Assembly: GCF_018350175.1 (NCBI RefSeq)
Contig: NC_058369.1
Coordinates: 7,442,001-7,506,000, forward strand
Source of the DNA: Felis catus
Taxonomy: Eukaryota
Length of the DNA: 64,000 bases
Direction of reading: 5' to 3'
In this document: positions 11,463 to 22,810 of the stretch, piece by piece
How positions within the stretch are numbered: position 1 is the first letter of the stretch
Layout of the letters: the number at the start of each line of letters is the position of its first letter
Translations under genes and position numbers: made by a program
The notes under the pieces: model-generated
The model's database searches: none
Told to the model about the DNA's origin: nothing
The model's input: the letters and a program-made list of their open reading frames with translations, nothing else

Positions 11463-13429
11463 CTTGAGACTAAGCACCCCCATCCATGTTCCCCTGGCTC
11501 TGATCCCCAAGCCATTTGGACAACACCCCCCTCCTAAGATTCTCATTTGTGCAGAGACAAAGCAGCCGGTTCAACATAATTAACATCTCCTTTCTGCAAT
11601 TCCTAGTGTGTCCTTTGAAGCAAACAAGCCATTTTCTCTCAACATATGAAATACTGAATTCTAAAAGAGAAGCAAGATTTAAGTGGCAAGGAGGGAAGGC
11701 CTCCACGGCTTTCCTAAAATAATTGTCTGCGCTGGACGCACCTCGCTGAAATGTTCTCTGCAGCAATGTAATTAAATGCCTGAGGCTCGGCTGCCAAACC
11801 TCCGCACAGCAGAGACCCGGACTTTTGCCTGGCGGGTTCAAGTTCAAATACGCAGTCAAGTTCATGTCCCCGGGACCCACTGGAGTCCTGGAAGGCTCCT
11901 TGTTGGAGAGTCCGCAGGCCAGCTCTCTCAGACTGGGTTTAGCTCAGAACCTCGGTCATGAACTTGTGGAGGGCACAGTCGTAGGGGTAGAGAAGGGCCT
12001 GCCCTAAGAAAAATGCTTATAACAGCAGGTGTGCGAGCCCAGGAACCGTCCAGGTACAGAAACCTCCAGTCAGGCGGCCTGTCTCACCACTGCGGGGGCA
12101 AATGTACTGGAGAAGCCAGCTGCTCTCTTGGCCGAGCTGCTGGTACTGAGTTTAATATTCCTGCTAATGGGCTCTAAGCGGGTAAGCTATGCGCTCAAGG
12201 AGCCGCTTCTCAAATCGTCTTTTCTGGCTGCGATTTTTTTCACCAAGGATGCTGTGCCCCAATTAAAGCAGCAGTCCCCCGTGACAGGTCCAGGATTGAC
12301 ACGCAGGAAAAATTCCTCTCGCTGTCACACCCTGGCTCATCATCGCGGCCTACGGCTCTGCCACTTACATCTTGGTTCAAAAACAATTCCTGGCTCTTCC
12401 AGGGGCGGAAGGATCGCTTACAGGATCCCGGGCCAGCCATCCGTGGAGCACTGGCTACCGGGGTTTACCCAACAGGAACAGAGCTAGCGGCTGCCTCTTA
12501 ATAAGACAAGGATATTATTGCATTTGAGGCTGGGTAATTTAATCAGGAGGCAGAAGTGGCTTGGGGCATATATATTTATTTGTACCCTGCCTTGTTCCAG
12601 AGAGGGACTGCAAGTGGTTTACGAGGGTATGTAAACCACCACACGATAGCTCCAATTAGATAGGAGAGTAGGAATTAGATGTTTCTGGAGGGCCGTCTGC
12701 CAATCCAGAGCGACAGCCTCCAGGTTTCTCCTTGTGTATTTAACCCAGCCAATCCGAGTCTAAGAATTTGGCCCAGGGAAACCGTGTGGACAAGCACATG
12801 ACTGCTGCAACGATGCTCATTAAAGCGCTGTTTAAAACTGGACACCTAGAATTTTCTCCCTGCAGTTCTTTGAGGGCAGGGGGCTTGATTTCAAAACGTA
12901 AGGTGTATGCGCAGGAGGGAATACTATGCAGCCGTGAAAACAGGAGATCAGCGGGGATTTTTATCGTCATCTTCAGATTGATTTTATCTTCTAAGTTTCC
13001 TACAGCGAGCACATATTGGTCTTGGAAAGATTTTTCAACCTCCTCCCCCCCACCCCACCCCCCCCCTTTTTTTTTTTTTTTTGCAACGGAGACGAGGAAG
13101 AAAGAGAAAAGTGAGGAGGTAGACAGAGCCAAAAATTAGGCTAAGAAAAACTCATCCCTTTAAAACCCGAACAGCCAGCATATGGTCAAGCCATAAATTT
13201 GGCTCTAGGTTCCTTAGCAGCCAGCTCAAAAAGGGAAAGCTGGTCATTTATGCGGTTCCCAGTGTCCTGAAACAAAAGCACACCAGCTGCTTAGCAGCGA
13301 GCTTAACTATTTTCGGTCCCAAGAACAGGCAAGGATCTCTCCCACGATCCTCCCAAAAAGGAGTCCCTGTGATGGCACCAGGATCTTTCCAGACAACATT
13401 CTTACACTGGGGAGGAGCGGGGGGGGGGG

Positions 13430-13812
13430 GGGGGGGAAGGGGGGGTGGGCAAAATAGGTGAAGGGATTAAGAGGCACAAACTTGCAGTTTTAAAATAAAT
13501 AAGTCACAGGGATGAAAAGTACAGCACAGGGAATGTAGTCAATATATTGTAACAACGTGGGACGGGGACAGATGGGGACTATACTTCTCGGGGTGAGCAC
13601 TGCATAATGTATAGAATCATCAGATCGCTTTGTTGCGCACCTGAAACTAATATCACATTGCATATTTTTCCAGTTAAAAAACCTCACGACAGGGGCGCCC
13701 GGCTGGCTCAGTCCATGGAGCATGCAACTTTTGATCTCGGGGTTGTGAGTTCGAGTCCCGTGTTGGGTGTAGAGATTACTTAAAAAAATATAAAATCTTA
13801 AAAAAAAAAAAA
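13430..13812 (+). mobile_element. L1 3'-end fragment followed by a short Can-SINE (13692-13812)
   Basis: TAAAATAAATAAGTCACAGGGATGAAAAGTACAGC...TGTTGCGCACCTGAAACTAAT is an L1 3'UTR motif; then GGGGCGCCCGGCTGGCTCAG...poly(A). Confidence 0.75.
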
Positions 13813-13879
13813 GAAAACAAAACTTATCCAGAAACAACTCATTTCCTTTGGCTGTTTCTTACTCCCACTCAGATGGTAG

Positions 13880-14155
13880 AGAAGAGCCCGGTGGTTGACC
13901 GCAGAGTCCGGGGGTCAGGCTGCCTGGGTCTATGTCCTGACTTGGCCACTCGCTTGTTGTCTGGCCTGGGCAAGTCATTTAACCTCTGTTAAATGCACAG
14001 CCTCTGCTTCCTCATCTGGAAAATGGACACGGTAATTGTACCTACCTCATAGGGCTCGTGGGAAGCGTCAATGAATTCATGCTTTTTGTGCGAGCAACTG
14101 GTTAACAGTCATCGGCACATAGTAAGTGCTATGTATTTGCCCTTATTATTATTAC
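13880..14155 (+). mobile_element. MIR SINE
   Basis: MIR core CTGGGCAAGTCATTTAACCTCT...CCTCATCTGGAAAATGG...CCTACCTCATAGGG. Confidence 0.8.
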
Positions 14156-16499
14156 CCTCATGACTCTAAAGCCAATTTGCTAGCTTCCTGAAGTCAAAAT
14201 GGTCTGACCTTGATGCAGGCACTGAACCGAGATGATCCGGAAGAACCCGGGAAAGTCCCGTGGAGCTGGGGCGGAGGCTGCAGGATGATGAAGAGTTGAA
14301 AGGCCGATGTTGGAGAGGAGTGAGCCTCATGGAAGATGGGCAGAGACACTTGCTCCGTCCTCATCCCCATGTGGCTCAGTCGGCCCCCTGTCCTGGAGCA
14401 TCTCCTACGCCAGCAAGCAACAAGGTGACACGGCCGTTGTCTCTGGCCCGTCCTCTGGTCTTGCCCGAACACCTGCTTTTCCCGCCTCCAGGCCTTCGCC
14501 CTGGCGGCACCCTCTGCCGTCAACACTCTTGCCCCATCTCACAGCCGGGCTAACTCTTCCCGTTCCTGGGGCTGTCGCATAAATGTCTCTTCCAAAAGCA
14601 GTCTCGCTGTCCCTGCCCCATGTCACCCACCTCTCAAGGCATCCTGGGCTGGCTTTCCCTAACATTTCTGCTTCTTACTCTATGTCGAGCGTCGTTCTAG
14701 GGACTTTGTAAGTAGGTGACCAGCAGGCACTGCCGTTCTCTGCCTTTGGTAAGGGGAAGAAACTGGGGCAGAGGGTTCAAATCTCTTCCCCAGAGCGTCA
14801 CAGTCTCTTGTACTGTCCTGGGCTTCAAACGCAGGCCATCTGACTCCACGGTCTACACCTCCACGTCGCACCTTCTCAGTCCTGCTTCAGGGCCTGAGCC
14901 CGATGGCCATTAGGACCTCACGGGCGTGACCACTAGCCCAAAGCCTGCCTCTGCCCCTGCACGGGAACCGGCATGGGGGTGGGGAATTCTGTCTGCTTTG
15001 TCATCAACTGCATCCCCCGGGCCGGCCACACTGAATGTTCGTTGGATAATCGGACAGTGGTTGGCCAGCGGGACAGAGAGCAAACTTCTTGATAGGTCCA
15101 CCATCCATTCCCCCTTCTGCCACCAAACTAGCTTCCGTCTGTCCTAGGGAGGGATCAGGGATCTTGTGATGTCAGGCTGGAGAGAGACACCGGGCAGGCT
15201 CAGAAGCAGGCATGGCTTCTCCCTGATGGCCGCGATGGCAGAAGGGCCGTGATGAATAATCAGGGACATGCCTGTCTGCCGCGTCTGAGCCATGACAGGG
15301 GCCACGTCCCTTTGAAGGGCTTGAGATAATAGCAGACTGCTCCTGTCAGACCCCAAGGTATTGGGCAAATGCCCCCCCTGAGTGATAAGCGTGACAGGTG
15401 TTAAGGACATTATCAGCTCACCTATGCCAACTGGGTCTCCGCAGCCTAAGCAGCTGGGGCTTTGCCGGTGACAGCCTGTGGCTGGTGGTGACTATGAGCT
15501 CATTCATTCATTCACTCACTCTCAATGCAGTTAACCCGCCTTGTCCTGAGAGGCTATCCGAGCCGGCAGCACAGCACAACGTCTTACCCTCGGAAGGCCC
15601 CCAAGCCTTGGCAGGAGGCCCTCAGCACCCCTGGAGCCCCTGTCAAGCCAGGACTTATGTTCCAGGACGTCTCGGGCTCTGCCATCATAGTGCCAGTGTG
15701 GACCAGTAATCAATGACATAGACTTTCTTGGGAAATACAGGAAGAGACACAGGTCTCTCCGTTCGACTGACCTCCCCCACTCAAGTCCAAGGAAGGCTTG
15801 CATTGTGCAAGTATTTACAAACTCAGCTCCGTCCCTCCGAGTGTGGCCCAGACTGTGCTGGAACCACCATGAATCCCTGCAGACAGTCCTAAAAGTAGGG
15901 CTTATGGACAGAGGTTTGCATCAAGGCTACAAGTTCTCATACAAGGGTCATGCCAGTCATCAGAGAAGCTTGCTTTGAGAAACTGTAAGTCCCTTCCACC
16001 CCGCCCCCAACACTCAAGAACACCCTAGTTGAAGAGGGCTTTCTGGGAGGGAACCAACTCCCTCCTAAGCCTGCTGAGTTTCACAGGCCTCCTTTCAGAT
16101 CCTCAATGACTCCTGAGTCTTTATCACCCCAGGGCCTTTGAACTTGCTGCTCACTGCACAGTTGTTCAGGTGAGCCATGATGAGCGCCTTCCCCAGGGTA
16201 GATGTCATGGGGACAGACAAGTCAGAGCTCACAGGATTTGCTGAGTGTGGAAGGAAAATGGGGGAGCCGAACAACAGGGTGGGTGGTGGGGGTGTCATTT
16301 ACTGAGATGGAGAAGGCTGGAGAAGGGGGTCTGTGGCAGGGGGAGGGGCAGATGGGGGGGTGGCAATCAAGAGTCTGGTCTGAGATGTGCATTTGGATGC
16401 TGCCTGTAGAGAGATGGGATTTAAATCGTGGAATGGATGAAGGAGAGGAGCAGCCACTGAGGTTTCATAGTTTATTTAACTCTTGTAGAGCGTGCCCTT

Positions 16500-16808
16500 T
16501 GCTATGGGCTGAACGTCTCTCTGTCTCCCTAAAATTCATGTGTTGAAACCTAACCCCCAGTGTGAAGGTATTTGAAGGTGAGCCCTATGGGAGGGAGATC
16601 GGTGCCCTGATAAGAGACCCCAGAGAGTTCCCTTATCCCTCCCACCACGTGAAGATGCTATGAGCCAGGAATCTGGCTCTCATCAGACACCGAATCCGCC
16701 GGCACCTTGATGGACTTCCCAGCCTCCAGAACTGGGACAAGTAACTGTTGGTTGCTTAAGCCCCGCATCTATACTACCTGTGTTATACAGCCCGGACAGA
16801 CTAAGACA
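16500..16808 (+). mobile_element. MaLR (MLT1A-like) solo LTR
   Basis: TG...CA ends; TGTTGAAACCTAACCCCCAGTGTG, GACTTCCCAGCCTCCAGAACT and GACTAAGACA motifs. Confidence 0.8.
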
Positions 16809-17314
16809 TTCGTCTAAGCTGCTTTACAAAAACGAAGTCTTATAGCCTCCCCTCATGCAATGAGGTAGGCACTAACACCAGATCCATTTTACAGATGGAA
16901 CAACTGAGGCACAGAGAGGAAAGTCAGATGTCCAAACTCACAGGGCTGGTAAGTATCCAAGCTCGCATCTGGATGCTGGCCTCTCAGACTCTCAAATACT
17001 TGCTTAGTCACTATGCTCAGGGAAGAAAAGTCTCTCCCTCCATAGAAGCTTGGCCTCAAGACTTATACCTCTGATCCATTCTCCCCAGAGAAGCCAGAGC
17101 TGGCTTTCAACAGGTCACCTCCACACTGAACCCTGCATAGCTCCAGGTGCCCTCCATATAAAGCTAGTCACTAGTCCTGCCCCGTCAAGCCTGGATGAAT
17201 TCTCAGCCTCCCCTGAGTTTTTGTGAGTTCTTAAGCAGATCACTTGGCCTCTGTCACTTGTAAAATGGAGATTAAAAATGTCCTCTGACTCTTGAGTGCA
17301 CGCACGTGTGTGTG

Positions 17315-17356
<42 letters not shown>

Positions 17357-17379
17357 TAAGCGTAAGCTGCTTGATGACT

Positions 17380-17780
17380 GCCCCTGCTCTGTATGGTTGG
17401 GAACTACATTTCCCACACTGCCTTGCCCTCTGGCTTCCAGGAAGATGCAGCCAATGGAAGGAATTCATGGATGATCTGAGGGCGGGACAAAGGGATAAGC
17501 AGGGGTATTTCCCCCCTTGCTGCCTCCTGTGTTATAGCCATAGCTACATCTCCTCTGTGGCTTAAGCTTCCGCCAACAGTTCCACTCCCAAGCTCTGTTT
17601 GTATCACCTTTTCTACTTGACGTCAAGTCCTGGGGGATAGAGGCTGTCTGCTGTTGTTAATCTCTGGGTTTCATCTCCATCCCTTGTTTAGTTTCGCATC
17701 TCTTGCACCATGTTTGTAAACAATTCCCCATATTAAAATCCATAAAATCCCTCAAAGATTTGTTTCTTTAGTCAGACCCT
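17380..17780 (+). mobile_element. ERVL LTR33/LTR41-like solo LTR
   Basis: AACTACATTTCCCA...CCTTGCCCTCTGGCTTCC...GCCAATGG motif shared with the copies at 22.5 kb and 49.3 kb. Confidence 0.55.
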
Positions 17781-19036
17781 GAAGAGAATAATAGCTGCTC
17801 AGTTAATACATGTAATACAGTTAGTACGTTAATACAGGCAGTCATAGAGTTTTACAACACAGGCTGCTTCAGTCCAAATTCTAATCTGTTCCTTTTTGTG
17901 CGGCTTGGGGCAAGTAGCCCAATCCTTCTGTGCCTTCCTTAACCTCTCTGCTTTCTCATCTAAACACTGTGATCATAAAAGCCAGGCCTCACACAGTTGT
18001 CATCAGGACAAGGAGTTAGTACATGTCAAGAGTCAACCACAGTGCCTGGCATATAGTGTGTGCCCAGTCGGTAGGAACTTTTATATCAACCCACAGAACC
18101 AGCAATGTTCTAGAATAGTTCCATGTCCCCTGCTGACTTAGTTTTAATTTTTTTTTTATTTTGGAATAATGTTAGATTGACAGCAAAGTTGTGAAGATAG
18201 GACAGACAGCTTCCATATGCCCGCCACCCACCCAATTCCCTCCGATGCTAACCTTTTACATACCCACGGTTCACCTGTCACAACGAAGGAGACAACCCTG
18301 GTGTGTCACTACAACTAAACTCCAGGCTTTATTGGATTTCCCTAGTTTTTCCACTCATGTCCTTTTTCTGGCCCAGAGTCTCACGTTGTATTTAGTTATC
18401 ACAGCTCCTTCATCTCCTCCGTTCTGTGATAGTTTCTCGGTCTTTCCCTGTTTCTCAGGACCTTGCCAGTTTTGAGGACTAGTGGTCAAGGACTTTGCAC
18501 ATGCCCCTGTGCTTTGAAGGGCAGAAACCGGGTCCTGATTTCTCCCTGTGGTTTCCTGGCACACAGCCCGATGCCTGGCACACAGTAGCTGCTTCACAGA
18601 CACTTCCTAAATGAATGAATACATGAATGGCAATCATTTCTTTATTCTCCCACACCCCGTGTTCTGTAGGCATCTCTGCCAGAGGCTAGATGTAGAAAAG
18701 TTCAGAGCGAAATAAAAGCTCTTCTCTCTTCAGAAGGGTTCCTTTTTGATCCTTTCTTTGTAGACATCAAGGATCTATTTCTTTAATATTTAGGGGGTTT
18801 TGTACCAAATAGAAGCGGCTACATTTGCATCAGATGTCTCGTTTTTCAAGGCAAGTGAGAGAGATCTTTATAGCAGGCTGGGTTTCTTCCTTCCCGGATC
18901 TGTCACTCGATTTCTCTGCTTCTCCCTCCCCGGCTTTTGGGTCTCTGGCAGGGGCAGGGTGGGGGGTTGGGGCGAATCATCCACACTTTGATGTCCTCTC
19001 GGTCCCAGGCCCAGGAAGCTTAATTAGAATTTCACA

Positions 19037-19262
19037 CGTGGCTAGGTGGCTCAGTCAGTTAAGCGGCTGACTTCGGCTCGGATCATGATCTCACGGTTCC
19101 GTGAGTTCGAGCTTTACGTCGGGCTCTGTGCTGACAGTTCGGAGCCTGGAGCCTGCTTCAGATTCCGTGTCTTCCTTTCTCTCTGTATCCCTCCCCCTCT
19201 CACGCTCTGTCTCTCTCTCTCTCTCTCAAAAGTAAATGGAGAAACATTAAAAAAAAAAAAAA
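19037..19262 (+). mobile_element. Can-SINE
   Basis: GGTGGCTCAGTCAGTTAAGCG head, (CT)n, poly(A). Confidence 0.9.
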
Positions 19263-20321
19263 CCACAAAGTTGCCGAGACTGAGCCAGCCTCAGGAGCTG
19301 GTGCAGGAGGCTGGCTGGTGATGGAGACGAATTAGAAGCTTTCTTTCCCATCCCTCTGAACGGTTCAGTATTTGCCATGGGGACCCAGGGGCCTGCCTTC
19401 GGGTACACAGAGCATGCCCCTTTTCTAACATCAGCAGGGCAGAGATGGAAATTCCCTTTAACCGCCCAGGCCTGGGGGTCTGACTGCTTTTTATTCCTCA
19501 GCCCTGGCAGGCCAAGCTGAAAGCAGGGATGGGAGAAAAATGCCCCCATCGAGGTCATTTCCCCGCCACCACAGCCCCTGCTGCTGGAAGACACTGGCTG
19601 GGGTTTAATCTCTCGCCTGAAGTTTGTCAGAAGTAAAAATGAGCCTGGGTGAGCTTTTCCGACACTTCCCTCGACTTACAGGAATTCAATTTCTGGACTG
19701 GGCATAAATTTGCAGCCATCAGCGCCCGCGGCGGGGGCTGGGGCTCGGCACATTGGCCGGGGATGGATTTCTGAAATCAATCCGTCGGCGCGTGGAAAAG
19801 GTCGTCGTGGGGGAAATTTATCTTCCGTGGCTGGCTGAGACATTTCATGCCACCGCCAGGGACGCCCCTGCACAAAATGGAGGTGTTTGCTGCGAGGCTC
19901 CCAGGTGGGGGCTGGAGGGAGGAAACCTTGAAGGTTGGAGAGCGTGGCCGGGAGGTGACAAGGGACCAACCTGCCAGCTAATAACTCACAGGGGCAGCCA
20001 GGTGCCGGGACTGCCTGAAAACCCAGTTCCACGGGCTCCGTGTATGTCCCTGCGGGCGGCAAGTTAATGCGGGGTTCAGACCCTTTGCCACTTGGTTGCA
20101 TCTCTGACACACATTCCGGGGTTTCAAAGAGTGAGTCGCAAAGGCATTCGATTCCTCCAGCCAAAGTGAGGCCACAGAACATAGTCGTTGAAGGCTCTGA
20201 CTCTGGAGCCGGTCACTTGAGTAGAAGTTCCAGCTTTGTTGCGTGACTTTGGGCACGTGACTCAACCACCCCGAGCTTCCATTTCCCCATCTGTAATATG
20301 GGGTTAAGAATAGCAGTGATG

Positions 20322-20522
20322 TGGGCGCCTGGACGTCTCAGTCGGTTAAGCATCTGACTCTTGGTTTGGGCTCAGGTCATGATCTCACGGCTCGTGAGTT
20401 CAAGCCCCTCATCAGGCTCTGTGCTGACAGTGTGGAGCCTGCTTGGGATTCTCTCCCTCTCTCTCTGCCCCGCCCCTGCCTGCTCTTTCTCTCTCTCTCT
20501 CTCAAAATAAACTTAAAAGAAA
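20322..20522 (+). mobile_element. Can-SINE inserted into a MIR
   Basis: SINE head and tail, with MIR core sequence on the left continuing on the right. Confidence 0.85.
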
Positions 20523-22339
20523 AGAATGGTAGTGAGATGTTATTGAGATTGTTGTTAATATATTCGAATGGCTTAACACAGGCAATGTAATACACGAGTG
20601 CAATGAAATTGATCATAGAATAAAAATAAGCGAATAGGTGCTGACAGGGAACACAAAAAGGCAGCTCAGTATCTGAGGACCAGACAGTCTGCATTTAAAT
20701 CCTGGCCCTGTGTTACCTTGGGCAAATTACTCACCCTCTCTGAGCCTCAGTCTGTTTATCTCTCAAAGGGGAGGGAGGTGATGACAATGTTGGTGTTTTG
20801 AGGGGTAAGTGAGCTAAAATATTTGAGAGACAAGTGAAGGGGCGATTATAAAACAGTTTGGCGAGTGCCATGCTGGGGGCAGTACAGGGTGCTGTAAGCA
20901 GAGGCTGGTTGGCTATGGAGCCTGGTTTTGAGGGTTCAGGGACAGCCTTCTGGAAGAAGCCAAAGCTAAATAGTATGAATGGGCAGGATTCCGCAGGGTG
21001 AGTGAGGGGGTTCCAGGCAGAGGGAACAGTGTGGGCAAAGACCTGGAGGGGAGAGAGCAACTGTGCATCCCACCAGTATTTACTGAGCACCTGTTATGTG
21101 CTGGGCACGCTGTAGGCACTGGAGACACAGCAGCAAATGGGACAAAGATCCCCACCCTCGTGTCAGTTCCACTCTGGTAGGAAGACGTGTGGCACACTTG
21201 AAACTTGTTCAATGAGGTGCCGAAGCTCAAGTTGGGAGGCGGGAGGTGAGCTGGGTGTTCTGCTGGTCTCTCCGGATCCTCTCGCCCCACTCCTCCTTCC
21301 TCTCTGTGCTCTGGGAGGCTAACCTCTCCAGCCCTCACCTCCCAGAATCCCCTGCCCTCCAGCATTCAATGGAGCCTGGCCAATGACGGCAGCCACAGGA
21401 GACAGGGGGGCAGAGGAGAGAGAGTCTGGGGTGGGGGGGACACGGTTCAGCCCATAACCATGTGTGAGTAGGGAAAGGATCTGGTCAGGAACATCATGGA
21501 GGACGGACTGGCCAGAGCAAGACAGAGAGGCAGAGAAATTCACCAGATGAGCACATCGGAAGGCTGACTTGGCCCATCGTTGTGAGTTTTCCAGGGCTCT
21601 CAAAGAAATGAATCTCAAAGACAGAAAACAGCTCTAGCCGGGAGACACGTCCCCCTCTCAGAGGGGAGGGGGCAGCGACAGCCACCGGGGTCACCGGAGC
21701 CCTTTGTTAGCGAGAATGGGCCACTTGAAGGGAAATCGATCCCAGCTAAGCGTCGAGCAGCTGCTCCCAGCCAAAGCTGCCGGAGAGAGGCCCTTTGCCC
21801 CTTCTCTTCCAGGTCTGGGACGAGAGCCAGCAGGATCCTGAAGACTGTTCTGCCAGGTGGCCAGTCCCAGAAGAGCCTTCAATCAGCATGCATTGTGGTG
21901 TCCGTCCCAGGTGGCATTCCAGCATCACCTCCAGCCTCGGTACTAACCAGAGACCAGCTCCACATGTAATGATTATTATTGTCATCAGCCTTGCCAGGCA
22001 CTGCCTGTGTGCCAAGCACTCTACATGCATAATGCTTGTGTGAGGGACCCCCCCTCGTGCCACTTCCTAGCCATGTGACCCTGAGCAAGTGACTTGAACC
22101 TCACTGTGCCTCGGTTTCCCCATCTGTAAAACAGGGCTAACAGTAGCACCCACCTCGTCGGATTGTTGTGGACGTAAATGAGTGTCCGTGTGCACAGCTT
22201 CAAACCCTACACAGTGGGGACCGTGTAGGCTCAGCTACTGAGAGTATTGTCCCCATTCATCTCACAACAGCTGTGTGGTGTCAGGCTGTTATAAACTGAA
22301 GGTTGGGGAGGAAGAGTCAAGTGGCAGAGACTGCTGTGG

Positions 22340-22810
22340 AACAGAGGGGGAACAGAGGCCACGCTAGATGGTTCCATTGAGGGAATACAACAGGGCAAGT
22401 GTGATACAGAGGAGCCAGAAAGGCTGAAAGAGGAAGTGGGGAAAGCGAAATGATATAAAAAAGAGTAAATGCGAGAAACTTCAGGGTTAGCAGGGGCAAA
22501 AGGAGGAGGGGTGTTACCAGAGCCCAGGAGCAGGGACCACCAAGCAGGAATTGTGGTTGCCTGAGTGGATGGCAGCCGGGAGCTGGACCCAGGGACGAGA
22601 CAAAGCCACCGCCCGAAGCAAAGAAACAGGGGGAGAAATCCTCTGGCTTCTCTCTTCCTCCCACCTCCAACTGCCACCACAGCCTCCCATTGGCTGAACC
22701 CAACAGGAAGCCAGTGAGCAAGGGAACTTGGGAGATGTAGTTTTCAGGGGTCAACTGTCCCGCAATACAGAGAACAAAGGAAGGGCAAGGAGCAGATCCA
22801 AGGGACACCA
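22340..22810 (-). mobile_element. ERVL LTR33/LTR41-like solo LTR
   Basis: Reverse complement of the same motif set (CCTCCCATTGGCTGAACCCAACAGGAAGCCAG...TGGGAGATGTAGTTT). Confidence 0.6.

Noticed and set aside
12560..13400. Unique-looking segment that might be a conserved element
   Set aside because: Contains words resembling ancient LINE 3' ends (TATTTATTTGTACCCTGCCTTGTTCCA, CATAAATTTGGCTCT) and an L1-like piece; more likely old repeat debris, family uncertain.
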